Sequence record: OR699282.2
From: Escherichia phage BAU.Micro_ELP-22
Strand: one strand, 5' to 3'
DNA length: 64,000 bases
Every line of letters starts with the position of its first letter. Positions within the stretch are counted from its first letter, which is position 1. The notes under the pieces are model-generated. The model did not search any database. It saw nothing but the letters and a program-made list of their open reading frames with translations, and was not told the origin of the DNA. Below are positions 1-9,859 of this stretch, piece by piece. The position numbers were made by a program, and so were the translations under genes.

Positions 1-1
1 T

Positions 2-1792
2 GCAATTCTTACTGCTACACGTGAAATTATTGATAACAGCTTAGATGAATTTAAAAAAGCTGGAACCAAAGAACCTGTTTTGAAAGTTGATTTCAATGAA
101 GAAGAACTATCATTTGAAATTAGTGACAATGGACGTGGTATTCCAATTGATTATGTTCCAGAGTATCAGAAAAACTTGTGTACTATGGTAATGACTGAAA
201 CAAAAACAGGCCGTAACTTTGACGATTCAAAACGTGATGAAACGATTGGTCAGAATGGTTTAGGTGGTTCTGTTGCAATGATTGTCAGTTCTAAGGCAGA
301 GTTAGAAATTCATCGCCAAGGTCGTCCGTATAAAACACAAAGTAGTAATGATGGTTATGATGGGTTTTATAAGTTCAATCAGAAGTTTGAGGAAGGAACT
401 ATTATGTTCCCTGAGCTTCATGTACACGAACCTACTATTAGAAAGGTACAAACCGATAAAACTGGAACAACAATTCGTTTTACTTTGAGTAAAGAAGTTT
501 TTCCAAACAGAAAACTACCAACCGAATTACTTTATAGTATTCTTAAAGAAATGGCAGCAGCTAACCCAACTTATAAAATCTTTCTGAACGGGAAACGTAT
601 TGCTATTAAAGGAAACACTGAAAAAGCACTCTTCAATGCATCTAAATTAATGCAGTTGAATGTTAAAGATGATTCATTCAATTTTAACAGTACTTTTTAT
701 ATTGTTCCTAATGCAGTAGCTGGCATGAACACGAATTTCCATATGCATGGGTTGGTTAACAATGCTCCTGCATTTGATGGTGGTACACATCTTGATACAT
801 TCAAGAAATTCTTCTCACTCGGTGTAGGAACTGCACTAGAGAAAGAATCTAAGAAACGTAGGATGAAACCAAATCGTTCTGATATTGAAGAAGGTTTGTT
901 GATTTATAATGTCACAACTATGAAAGCACCTTCATTCAACTCACAGATTAAATCTAAACTAACTAATGAAAACGTAATCCGTCCAATTCAACAAGCTATG
1001 AGTACCGAATGGTTTGATGAATTAGTTAAGAAGAACAAAGAATGGGTTGATGAAATCTTCGAACGTTGTGCTGCCCGTACAAATAAGAAAGATGCAGAAG
1101 AAGATCGTCGCCTAGCAAAGAAACTTCTAAAAGGTAAAGTTGCAAAACTATTGGATAGTACTGGAACAGACCGTTCACAGTGTATTCTATTGATTGCAGA
1201 AGGTGACTCTGCAATTTCCAACATGGCTAGTGCTCGTATACCAAGTATTCATGGTATTCTACCATTGCGTGGGAAAATTATGAACGTCAGTGGTACTGAG
1301 AAAACCAAAGAATTAATGGATTCAATGGCTTTACATGATATAATGGCTAGTATCAACTTAGTTCCAGGTGTCAAAGCAGAACGTTCTGAACTAAACTATG
1401 GTAAGCTTTACATCTGTGCTGATGAAGATGAAGATGGGAAGAACATTGGTGCTCTAGTGTGTAACTTCTTATTTAAATTCTGGCCTGAATTGTTTCAAGA
1501 CCCAGAAAATCCATTTGTGTATGTATTCAAAACACCATTTATCATTCTTGAGAAAGGTAAAGAATCAAAATACTACTATGGTCATAATGTGCATGAATAT
1601 AACCCAGATGATTGGAAAGGCTGGAAAGCAACGCGTGCAAAAGGTTTAGGAACTTTAGAAAAAGCAAACTTCCGTGATGCATTCACTAATAGTGTTGCAG
1701 TAGCGATCACCGATGATGGCCGTCTTGGTGAAACTCTTGATTTGATTTTCAACAAGAAACGTGCAGATGATCGTAAGAACTGGATGGAATAA
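2..1792 (+). CDS. 39: DNA topoisomerase II large subunit, 5' partial (GyrB-like ATPase plus Toprim in one ORF)
   Basis: Frame open to window edge; GHKL N-box-like EIIDNSLDE at N-terminus, GQNGLGGS, Toprim ILLIAEGDSA and acidic ADEDEDG motif. Confidence 0.85.
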   Translation, partial: AILTATREIIDNSLDEFKKAGTKEPVLKVDFNEEELSFEISDNGRGIPIDYVPEYQKNLCTMVMTETKTGRNFDDSKRDETIGQNGLGGSVAMIVSSKAELEIHRQGRPYKTQSSNDGYDGFYKFNQKFEEGTIMFPELHVHEPTIRKVQTDKTGTTIRFTLSKEVFPNRKLPTELLYSILKEMAAANPTYKIFLNGKRIAIKGNTEKALFNASKLMQLNVKDDSFNFNSTFYIVPNAVAGMNTNFHMHGLVNNAPAFDGGTHLDTFKKFFSLGVGTALEKESKKRRMKPNRSDIEEGLLIYNVTTMKAPSFNSQIKSKLTNENVIRPIQQAMSTEWFDELVKKNKEWVDEIFERCAARTNKKDAEEDRRLAKKLLKGKVAKLLDSTGTDRSQCILLIAEGDSAISNMASARIPSIHGILPLRGKIMNVSGTEKTKELMDSMALHDIMASINLVPGVKAERSELNYGKLYICADEDEDGKNIGALVCNFLFKFWPELFQDPENPFVYVFKTPFIILEKGKESKYYYGHNVHEYNPDDWKGWKATRAKGLGTLEKANFRDAFTNSVAVAITDDGRLGETLDLIFNKKRADDRKNWME

Positions 1793-1842
1793 TATAGACT
1801 AATGGGGAACATGGTGTTCCCCTTTTACCAAGAGACAATGGA

Positions 1843-3255
1843 ATGGCTAAAAGTAAAAAAACAGAAAATCATAATATCGATAACCAAACACTAACTCTAC
1901 TAGATTATAACAGTTCTGATTATGTGAATACAACATCACTAGAATATTCGATGTATACACTAGACCGTGCTATTCCTGGAATTGATGGTCTAAAGAGTTC
2001 ACAACGTAAAGCAATCTTCACATTATCTAAAATTAGTGGGGAAATTAAAACAGTATCATGTGCTGGAAAAATGATTAGTGATGGTATCTATCTTCATGGG
2101 GACACGTCAGCATCAGGAACACTTCAAAATCTAGCATCTCCAGTAGCTAACAACTATCCTCTTATTGGAAAACGTGGTGGTTTTGGTACACAAGTAAACA
2201 GTACACCAGCATCTGCTCGTTACACTTATGTTAAAAAGAATAAGAGTACTGAGATGCTTGTTTTGCGTGATGCTGATATTATACCAATGAAAGAGAACTA
2301 TGACGGGACAACATATGAACCTGTTCATTTCTTGCCTATTATTCCATTATCATTGTTTGGTAATGATAGTATGTCAGTTGGTTATAAGAGTACAATTCTA
2401 CCACATAAAATTGAAGATATTATTGATAATTGTATTCGTGCTATTGATAAAAAACCACTAAAAGAAATGACCCCATATTATGTTTCATGTGGTGCAAGTG
2501 ATGTTGTGACTAAGCTTGATGAAAATAAGTATGAATTCTATGGTAAAGCTGAGGTTATTGATGCAAGCACTGTTAAAGTAACAGGCTTACCACCTAATTA
2601 CAGTATTGAGAAATTCATCGAAAAACTAATCAAAATGAGTGATGATGGTGAGATTCGTGATTATGACAATGATAGTACTGATGTAATTGATATTACCATT
2701 AAACTTCCACGTGGAACGTCAGCTAAATGGACAGAGATGGATGTTATTGAGTATTTTGGCATTAACAAAAAAATGACTCAACATTTAACTGTTCTAGGTG
2801 AAAATGGCAAAGTGAAAGTTTACGATACGACAATGGATTTGATTAAAGACTTCGTTGATTTCCGTTTCAAATATTACATCAAGCGTTATGAAAAGAAACT
2901 TGATGATTGTGCTGCTGAAGTTCGTTATAAAATTCTAATTAAAGAATGTTTCGATAATGATATGATTGCTAAGGTAAAAGGATTTGCAAACCGTGCTGAA
3001 ATGGTTGAATTCGTTAAATCGTTAAATACCGAAATTGAAGCAACGGAAGAGAATATTCAAAGCATTGTAAACTTCCCTTCATATCGCTGGACGCAAGATA
3101 ATTATCAATCAGTACTACAAGATATTCAAGATAATCTTGATTTGATGGATAAGTACAATGAACTGTTATCTAATCATGACTTAATTTGGGACATTTATAA
3201 ATCTGAACTAAAAGAACTAAGAAAGATTGACTTTACTCCTAAATCAGACAATTGA
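1843..3255 (+). CDS. 52: DNA topoisomerase II medium subunit (GyrA-like breakage-reunion domain)
   Basis: 470 aa; LDRAIPGIDGLKSSQRKAIF resembles GyrA/ParC N-terminal signature; immediately follows the large subunit. Confidence 0.8.
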   Translation: MAKSKKTENHNIDNQTLTLLDYNSSDYVNTTSLEYSMYTLDRAIPGIDGLKSSQRKAIFTLSKISGEIKTVSCAGKMISDGIYLHGDTSASGTLQNLASPVANNYPLIGKRGGFGTQVNSTPASARYTYVKKNKSTEMLVLRDADIIPMKENYDGTTYEPVHFLPIIPLSLFGNDSMSVGYKSTILPHKIEDIIDNCIRAIDKKPLKEMTPYYVSCGASDVVTKLDENKYEFYGKAEVIDASTVKVTGLPPNYSIEKFIEKLIKMSDDGEIRDYDNDSTDVIDITIKLPRGTSAKWTEMDVIEYFGINKKMTQHLTVLGENGKVKVYDTTMDLIKDFVDFRFKYYIKRYEKKLDDCAAEVRYKILIKECFDNDMIAKVKGFANRAEMVEFVKSLNTEIEATEENIQSIVNFPSYRWTQDNYQSVLQDIQDNLDLMDKYNELLSNHDLIWDIYKSELKELRKIDFTPKSDN

Positions 3256-3265
3256 TATATTTAAT

Positions 3266-3290
3266 GGAAGACCTTATGGGTCTTCCTTGT
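3266..3290 (+). terminator. Candidate hairpin terminator after topoisomerase genes
   Basis: ggaagacc-ttat-gggtcttcc stem-loop followed by T-rich tract. Confidence 0.45.
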
Positions 3291-3296
3291 CCTTTA

Positions 3297-3304
3297 TATA
3301 AATA
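3297..3304 (+). promoter_or_regulatory. T4-type late promoter box TATAAATA
   Basis: Exact TATAAATA about 40 nt upstream of the 3343 start. Confidence 0.5.
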
Positions 3305-3342
3305 ATCTATAGATAATGGCAGCTTGGCTATGGAGAATTATA

Positions 3343-5736
3343 ATGACAACTTTTACCCCACGATGGGATATAAAAGCCGATGCTCGATATATACAAGAAG
3401 GACAAGACATTCTTGTGCGTTTGAGTATCAATAAAGAAAGCACAACGGATGATAGCTATGTATTAAATGAAGATGAATACTTAGAAATGATTCTTAACAT
3501 ACAATGCTTGGATAGTTCAGGTGCTGTATTTGATCCAGAACCACATTATACTTTTTATGTTGGTAATGACGAAAATACTTTTGTTCCTATTTCAGATGGT
3601 ACAACTGGTAATAAATTAGTAAATGGTAAGCATAAGTGTAAAATCAGCAAAAATGAATTTAACTTATCTGCAAGTACTAATAGTGAAGATGTTTATTTTA
3701 TAAAAATTCATTGTAAAAATGATGGAACCTATAATAATACAGAAATTATAAATTTTTATTTACAAGCAGTAAATGTTATGTATTTTGGAAATATTTCACC
3801 AAGTGGTGTTCTAGGATTAACTGATACATCAATAACATATGATAGTCAAGAAGTTTGGGTTACACCCGGAGTTGAGATTGGTGATGACAAAAAGCTTTAT
3901 TGTATTGGTGATGTTGAGTATGGCTCCAACAGTACATTGTTCGTTCAAGGATTTGGAAGAAGACGACCTTTCATTTTGGGTACTGACATGACTACTGATA
4001 TTACACCTCGTGTCTTTTTTCCAGCATATCGTTTGATTGACATGGATATTTCTGAAGTTCCAGATAAACATATTACGAATGATTTCGCAGTATTCAAGCC
4101 AGCACAATCAACATGGCCTATTTCTGGTATAAACAAAGAAGTAAAAGTTAATATTCAAAATAGAAATGGTAATTTAATTGACACTGGAATGGTGTTCAAC
4201 CCAAATGGGCAATTATTGCAAACATTTTTATATGACTCAGATGCTTGTGATGCATATTTTAAAGTTGAGATTGTTGATATATTAAGTACATACACCGAAG
4301 AAAGTGAAAGGTTTGCTATCAATCAACGATATAAAGCATATCAAATGTGGGTTTGTCCTGAAGACATAGATACTATATATTCTATTTCAGAAAAACCACT
4401 ACCCAATCATTTATATCAATTAAAAGATAATGTTGTGTATCCATACGTAATTAGTGGTGAATACGATAATGGAACAATTAAGCCCGTTTATGATAGTAGT
4501 GATTGGATTGATTTAGGATATTATGACTCTACTCTTGGTGATAATATCATTGGTATGCAAAAAATGTTCAGGGTTTTGATAAACGCAGAAGAAGGTAATA
4601 ATATAAACTTTATTACTGATAGTGATTTAGGAACCATACATGTTGGTGAATATTTTGGAGACAGTATATATCCTAAAATTGAAACTGATAGCTCTAATCA
4701 AGTTTCGTATGTTTTAGATGGTGGTGATGACATTAGAAAGTATGGGATAGATTTGACACCAGATGGATATCTTGTAGGAACTGCATATGCCAAAAGTATT
4801 GATTTTAGTGAAAATGATGATATTAAATTATCGTTTTATGTTAAAGCATTTAGTACTGAAGGTGGTGAAGCAAGAAAAATATTTAACCTTAAGATTGTAA
4901 GAGGATTCGGACAGAATTATTTGAGTGCACATGTATTACCTTCGGTTGCATTTGAGAGAGAATGGTTTAAATGTATAAGTACTTCATCATTCACTAATCA
5001 ACTATTTTTCCGACAATCTGACAATAGATATGGTCTTCAGAAAATACCGAAGATGTTATTGAAAGAAAACTTCCTAAGTCAAACGTATCCATATACTAAC
5101 CTTTCTGATATCAAGAAAGTATTGAGAAATAGTATAATTAACCCAAATGGAACTACTATTCCAAATGGAAAATTTAAAATGGTAATGGGTAATTATAAAA
5201 TAATATCAGCACTTGACAATCAAGGTAACTTACAATATGATCTATTATATAGAGAGGTTTTACCTGAAGGTTCTTTAGTATCTGTATCCAAAAATCCACG
5301 TCAATATACTCAAATCGACAACGGTCAGCTTGGTGAATTATTTGGTTTACGACAAAATATTTTTCAGGCTATTGGTGAAGACACAACCAACTTAGTAAAA
5401 GACCCAACCGATTTACAAAATCGTGGTCTATACGTTGATGCGATACCAAGTATCAGTGATGAAATGCTTGATACGGTTCCAAGATTTATGAATCACCCAT
5501 ACATTGAAGATGGTATACAGAAAAAATTCATGCCTATCATTCCAGTTGCATATTGTCAACCAGGCAAAGGTGAAGCATTTTTCAACACTTTACTTCAGAA
5601 CAATGAACATGGTACAATGGTAGGTGTAGAGTTCGAAATCACATCGGTTGAATTCGGATACTTTTCGCATGAATCAGTGAATTATGTTTCAGATACATTT
5701 TTGATTACATTGCAAAACAATAACATAGGAGGTTAA
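3343..5736 (+). CDS. Large hypothetical protein (797 aa), possibly late/structural
   Basis: Long ORF; GGAG RBS before ATG 3343 (track start 3316 lacks RBS); late promoter box upstream; no motif recognised. Confidence 0.6.
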   Translation: MTTFTPRWDIKADARYIQEGQDILVRLSINKESTTDDSYVLNEDEYLEMILNIQCLDSSGAVFDPEPHYTFYVGNDENTFVPISDGTTGNKLVNGKHKCKISKNEFNLSASTNSEDVYFIKIHCKNDGTYNNTEIINFYLQAVNVMYFGNISPSGVLGLTDTSITYDSQEVWVTPGVEIGDDKKLYCIGDVEYGSNSTLFVQGFGRRRPFILGTDMTTDITPRVFFPAYRLIDMDISEVPDKHITNDFAVFKPAQSTWPISGINKEVKVNIQNRNGNLIDTGMVFNPNGQLLQTFLYDSDACDAYFKVEIVDILSTYTEESERFAINQRYKAYQMWVCPEDIDTIYSISEKPLPNHLYQLKDNVVYPYVISGEYDNGTIKPVYDSSDWIDLGYYDSTLGDNIIGMQKMFRVLINAEEGNNINFITDSDLGTIHVGEYFGDSIYPKIETDSSNQVSYVLDGGDDIRKYGIDLTPDGYLVGTAYAKSIDFSENDDIKLSFYVKAFSTEGGEARKIFNLKIVRGFGQNYLSAHVLPSVAFEREWFKCISTSSFTNQLFFRQSDNRYGLQKIPKMLLKENFLSQTYPYTNLSDIKKVLRNSIINPNGTTIPNGKFKMVMGNYKIISALDNQGNLQYDLLYREVLPEGSLVSVSKNPRQYTQIDNGQLGELFGLRQNIFQAIGEDTTNLVKDPTDLQNRGLYVDAIPSISDEMLDTVPRFMNHPYIEDGIQKKFMPIIPVAYCQPGKGEAFFNTLLQNNEHGTMVGVEFEITSVEFGYFSHESVNYVSDTFLITLQNNNIGG

Positions 5737-5737
5737 T

Positions 5738-6049
5738 ATGTTTAATCCGTTTTTTGACCCGTCTGGAATGACGGAAAAAGAACTACAGTTAAAAATTAAT
5801 GAACAGTCAATGCGTTTAACTTCTGCTCGTGCTGCTGGCCTAAGCGACATGATTATTGGTAATATGCAAACTGTCTTAAATCAATGTTATGCTGAACTAG
5901 AACTTCGCCAAGGACAAAAAGAAAAAACTGTTTATGACGAAGAAGACCCATGTATCTTCGATATGGATTCATATCTAACTGACAACGAAGAGGCCCAGAA
6001 GAAGAAAAATGAAAGTACAAGGAAACAGATTTATAAGTCCCAATGGTGA
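5738..6049 (+). CDS. Hypothetical protein
   Basis: 103 aa; GGAGG RBS directly upstream; start 1 nt after preceding stop. Confidence 0.6.
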   Translation: MFNPFFDPSGMTEKELQLKINEQSMRLTSARAAGLSDMIIGNMQTVLNQCYAELELRQGQKEKTVYDEEDPCIFDMDSYLTDNEEAQKKKNESTRKQIYKSQW

Positions 6050-6527
6050 TGTGAAATGTAATCTTAACGCAGTTGTTTATGCAATCAATTGCGGTGCAGA
6101 TATCCAGTACTTACAATTGCAGGAAATTGATGAACCTGAAAGGTTGAAATTCAATGATAACTGTAAAAAATTTGGCTTAGAACAACGTATGCTGGATTAT
6201 ACAATTGAGCATGATAAAAATCATGAACTGTGGCGATATGATCCAGTATACGACAATATAAATCTGCGTGACTTTTTCTTACAAAAATGCACATCCGATG
6301 AAGCACGAAAACGTGTTGAGTATGAACTTGATTTATATGAATATTATAATATGACAAAGCTACTAAGATGTATGATATGGCTTGTTGATTATATGGAAGA
6401 AAATGAGATCTTTTGGGGTCTAGGTCGTGGAAGCTCTGTTGCATCATACTGTTTGTTTTTGATTGGACTACATATGGTAGATTCATTGAAGTACGAACTT
6501 GATGTTAACGAATTTTTGAAATGGTAG
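6009..6527 (+). CDS. Hypothetical protein
   Basis: 172 aa ORF; overlaps previous gene by 41 nt; weak RBS. Confidence 0.45.
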   Translation: MKVQGNRFISPNGDVKCNLNAVVYAINCGADIQYLQLQEIDEPERLKFNDNCKKFGLEQRMLDYTIEHDKNHELWRYDPVYDNINLRDFFLQKCTSDEARKRVEYELDLYEYYNMTKLLRCMIWLVDYMEENEIFWGLGRGSSVASYCLFLIGLHMVDSLKYELDVNEFLKW

Positions 6528-6545
6528 AAAAACATGTGATATAAT
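6516..6545 (+). promoter_or_regulatory. Sigma70-type early promoter
   Basis: TTGAAA, 18 nt spacer, GATATAAT extended -10. Confidence 0.5.
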
Positions 6546-6590
6546 GTTTATTGTAGGCTTATATCACACATACAATAAAAGGATTTTGAT

Positions 6591-6935
6591 ATGTCTAAAC
6601 ATACAACTTATCGTGGTACAACAATTGACATGGATATGCTCAAGTACCAAAATCAACATCAGGTAGCATTAGGTAATGCTAATTTAAACGCACGTGGTGA
6701 TAAAATCGGTTCAGGTGGAACAATTATTAAAACTCGTGAAGAGTTGATTCAAGAAAAAGAACGAGAAATGCAAATTCCTGATTATATCCCTGAACATCAA
6801 CTTCATAGTACTGAACATGGTACGGATGAAGTATGGGATGATGAGAGTTTTGAAGTTAAGCCCGAAGAACAAGAAGCTGAGGTTTCTGAAGAGAAGAAAG
6901 CACCACGTCGAGCTAGAACCAAAGATCAGGAGTAA
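6591..6935 (+). CDS. Hypothetical acidic protein
   Basis: 114 aa; AAGGA RBS. Confidence 0.55.
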   Translation: MSKHTTYRGTTIDMDMLKYQNQHQVALGNANLNARGDKIGSGGTIIKTREELIQEKEREMQIPDYIPEHQLHSTEHGTDEVWDDESFEVKPEEQEAEVSEEKKAPRRARTKDQE

Positions 6936-6943
6936 TATATTAA

Positions 6944-7270
6944 ATGACTAATAAAGTAATGACTGCATGTAAAGGTAAAGTACTGGTAACTGAACTGGAA
7001 CATGGTGAACGCAAAACAGCAGGTGGTATCGTTTTAACAAACGATGACGGTAAAATTAGAGGTATTCGTTCTCGCTGGGCAAAAGTTTATTCTGTAGGCG
7101 AAGACATTACTGATATTAAAGAAGGTCAATGGATTTTAATTGATCATGGTCGATGGTCAAGAACTATTGAAGTTGATGGTATTGAATTAAACTTGGTTGA
7201 TTATCCAGCCGCAGTTAGTTTAGTTTCAGATGAAGATCCACGAACTAAAATGCTAACCTTTGGTCGTTAA
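6944..7270 (+). CDS. GroES-like cochaperonin (functional analogue of T4 gp31 / CocO-like)
   Basis: 108 aa; KTAGGIVLT matches GroES KSAGGIVLT; GGAG RBS. Confidence 0.55.
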   Translation: MTNKVMTACKGKVLVTELEHGERKTAGGIVLTNDDGKIRGIRSRWAKVYSVGEDITDIKEGQWILIDHGRWSRTIEVDGIELNLVDYPAAVSLVSDEDPRTKMLTFGR

Positions 7271-7323
7271 TAAAATATAATTAAAGCTCGGATGAATATC
7301 TGGGCTTTTTATTTGGACAGATT

Positions 7324-7596
7324 TTGATGATAACTGATGATGGAAAATTTAGTTTCAAGGATGTAACATTAGTATCTAAAAACGGAAGATTCATGTTTGA
7401 AGATAGAAAAAATACCAAATATGTATATGAAGTTTCACATGATATGTTTAAAGTTTTATTAGTTGCATCAGCCCAAGCTGAAAGTACTGGGATTAAAAAT
7501 AAGGCAAATTCTTTTAATTTTTTATTAAATCAATTGGAAATGACAGAAGAACTTTTCACGGCTTTATTATATAATTCAGCCGATTGGATTCTATAA
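7324..7596 (+). CDS. Hypothetical protein
   Basis: 90 aa ORF. Confidence 0.4.
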   Translation: MMITDDGKFSFKDVTLVSKNGRFMFEDRKNTKYVYEVSHDMFKVLLVASAQAESTGIKNKANSFNFLLNQLEMTEELFTALLYNSADWIL

Positions 7597-7619
7597 CACG
7601 TACACATAAGGAAATACAA

Positions 7620-8573
7620 ATGACCACACTATGGACTGAAAAATATCGCCCACAATCAATGGAAGATTATGTATCAAAAAACGATGCACTACGCCAGAAA
7701 ATGGAAGAATGGATTAAGACTGGTGACATTCCACATATTGGGTTTTTTGGCCCAGCAGGAACTGGTAAAACATCTGCGATCAAAGTACTAATTAATGGAC
7801 TAGTTCAAAATGGACACCTTGATCCAAGTGATGTGACCACGCTTAACATGTCCGATGAAGGCATTGATGCTGTTCGTGACAAAATCGATGCCGCAGCAAA
7901 GCTATCATGTTTTGGTAGATATCGTATTTTTGTTCTTGAAGAAATGGAGCAGATGAACCACAAAGCACAAGGTAGTTTGAAACGTGTAATGGAAGACTAT
8001 CATGAAAATGCTCGCTTTATTTTAACAAGTAACGAACCACATAAAATTCAAAAACCTATCATTTCTCGTGTTCAAGTTATTACAATCGAAAAGCATGATA
8101 TGGAACAATTCATGACTCGAATTTATAATATTCTTCTAGCAGAAGGTGTTGATTTGAGTAGTGATGATAGTGTTGAACAAGTTCAAAAGTACATCAATGC
8201 TTCCTATCCTGATTTCCGTAAAACACTAAACGTATTGCAAAGTTCAGTTGTTGATGGTAAGCTAGTAAAACTTGAAGATAGTATTGAAAATTCAGCAGGG
8301 TATCGTACTGCAATTGTTGAAGCATTAAAGGCAGGCAACATTCGCCAAATGCGTGAACAAATTGTACAAAATATCCCTGATGATGAGATGGATGCATTTT
8401 TCTCTTACTTGTACAGAAATGCTGAAATGTTCAGTACTGATGAAATCACACTGATGAAGATTAAAGTTAAAATTCGTGATGCAGTTGTTAAGCAAGCAAC
8501 CGTATCAGATCGTGAAATGAATCTTAGTGCTTTACTGTGTGAAATTGACCTAATTTGTTCGGGGAACATGTAA
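7620..8573 (+). CDS. 44: Clamp loader large subunit (RFC-like AAA+ ATPase)
   Basis: WTEKYRP motif, Walker A GPAGTGKTS, Walker B VLEEME; AGGA RBS at internal ATG 7620. Confidence 0.85.
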   Translation: MTTLWTEKYRPQSMEDYVSKNDALRQKMEEWIKTGDIPHIGFFGPAGTGKTSAIKVLINGLVQNGHLDPSDVTTLNMSDEGIDAVRDKIDAAAKLSCFGRYRIFVLEEMEQMNHKAQGSLKRVMEDYHENARFILTSNEPHKIQKPIISRVQVITIEKHDMEQFMTRIYNILLAEGVDLSSDDSVEQVQKYINASYPDFRKTLNVLQSSVVDGKLVKLEDSIENSAGYRTAIVEALKAGNIRQMREQIVQNIPDDEMDAFFSYLYRNAEMFSTDEITLMKIKVKIRDAVVKQATVSDREMNLSALLCEIDLICSGNM

Positions 8574-9199
8574 TGAAGCCACGTTGTATAGTTTTTGATT
8601 GTGATGAAGTTCTATTGGACCATATGGGTATGCTTTCTGAGTTTGTAAAACAAACTTATAATATCACACCATCAACACCATACCCATTAGAATATGATTT
8701 ATCAGACTGGTTGGGTGTTCCTCAACCTGAAGTTAAAAAGATTCTTGAACAGTTCAACCAACAATCATATTTGTTTGGGTTGTTAAAGCCAGTCGAACCA
8801 AATACAGTTGATATTGTACAAGAGCTACGTGATCGTTTTCATAAAGAAAAATTCGTAGTACTCACAAAATGTGGTAAAAAAGGCTATGGTGAAGTTTTAC
8901 GAAATGTAAATCTAATGCGTGAATTTGGTGAAAACTGCTTTGATGAGATTATTATCATAGAAATGAATGAATCAAAGAAAGAAGCATTAGAGGATTTACA
9001 AACACGATATGATGTAAAACTAATGATTGATGATTATATCAATAATATTGAAACTGCTATGGGTCTTGGTATTCCATCAGTTATGATGGGATGTTCTCAT
9101 AATACTATGTATAAGAATCATAGTGGTTTTGAATATATCGAAAACTGGACAGAACTTAGACTGAAAATTTATTCAGTACTAGGTAAATATTACAAATAA
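8573..9199 (+). CDS. Protein translationally coupled to clamp loader; HAD-like hydrolase motifs (or divergent clamp loader small subunit)
   Basis: TAATG overlap with gene 44; FDCDEVLLD resembles HAD motif I, KLMIDDY resembles motif IV. Confidence 0.5.
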   Translation: MKPRCIVFDCDEVLLDHMGMLSEFVKQTYNITPSTPYPLEYDLSDWLGVPQPEVKKILEQFNQQSYLFGLLKPVEPNTVDIVQELRDRFHKEKFVVLTKCGKKGYGEVLRNVNLMREFGENCFDEIIIIEMNESKKEALEDLQTRYDVKLMIDDYINNIETAMGLGIPSVMMGCSHNTMYKNHSGFEYIENWTELRLKIYSVLGKYYK

Positions 9200-9211
9200 A
9201 ACTTTTAAATT

Positions 9212-9238
9212 GGGGTTTGATTCAAACCCCTTTTGTTG
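9212..9238 (+). terminator. Rho-independent terminator
   Basis: ggggtttga/tcaaacccc hairpin followed by TTTT. Confidence 0.7.
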
Positions 9239-9295
9239 TATTTTAAAAGTAGTAAATAGTATTATATGTGCTAGTTTTTAAGGATAATATAAAAT

Positions 9296-9859
9296 ATGGA
9301 CGATTTAGATTATACAGATAATGCTATTCAGCAGTTGTATGATAACAGTGGTATGTTAGATATACTTCTTGCTGTAGAGAAATATTTCGATGATAATGAT
9401 TTATATGCGTATAAAGGAATTATTGAGGGTGAGTTGGTAGAGGGGCCAATTGTAAGTAAGTATTGGTGTACTGTTACATTTAAATACTATCGTGAAAATT
9501 TTCCCGATCCTACCGCATTCTCTATTTTAGAGAAACATGGAACTAAAGTATATGTTAAAGCTGATTATGAAATAACTCCTATTAAAGAACCAAATCGTCA
9601 AGCTGACATGAAAAGTGTAGCGACACAATCTGGCTCTGTACGTATACCAAAAAATGAAAGAATCCCAGTACTATTGGTTAGAGTGCAGATTCCACGAAAC
9701 TTGATTAATCCAGAAAGTTTTGATGAATATAAACTAATGGCAGCAGAATTCAATAGTAATCCAATGAATTCTCCTGAGAATATTGAAGAACCTGTAACTG
9801 GTGATGATGTGGATTTAGATGTAGAAGTAACGGATGAGACACAAGAAGGTGGAATGTAA
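9296..9859 (+). CDS. Hypothetical protein
   Basis: 187 aa ORF. Confidence 0.5.
   Translation: MDDLDYTDNAIQQLYDNSGMLDILLAVEKYFDDNDLYAYKGIIEGELVEGPIVSKYWCTVTFKYYRENFPDPTAFSILEKHGTKVYVKADYEITPIKEPNRQADMKSVATQSGSVRIPKNERIPVLLVRVQIPRNLINPESFDEYKLMAAEFNSNPMNSPENIEEPVTGDDVDLDVEVTDETQEGGM

Noticed and set aside
988-1812. Minus-strand ORFs 988-1224, 1026-1214 and 1582-1812 inside the topoisomerase gene
   Set aside because: Fully embedded antisense to a well-supported conserved CDS; no RBS; typical spurious ORFs
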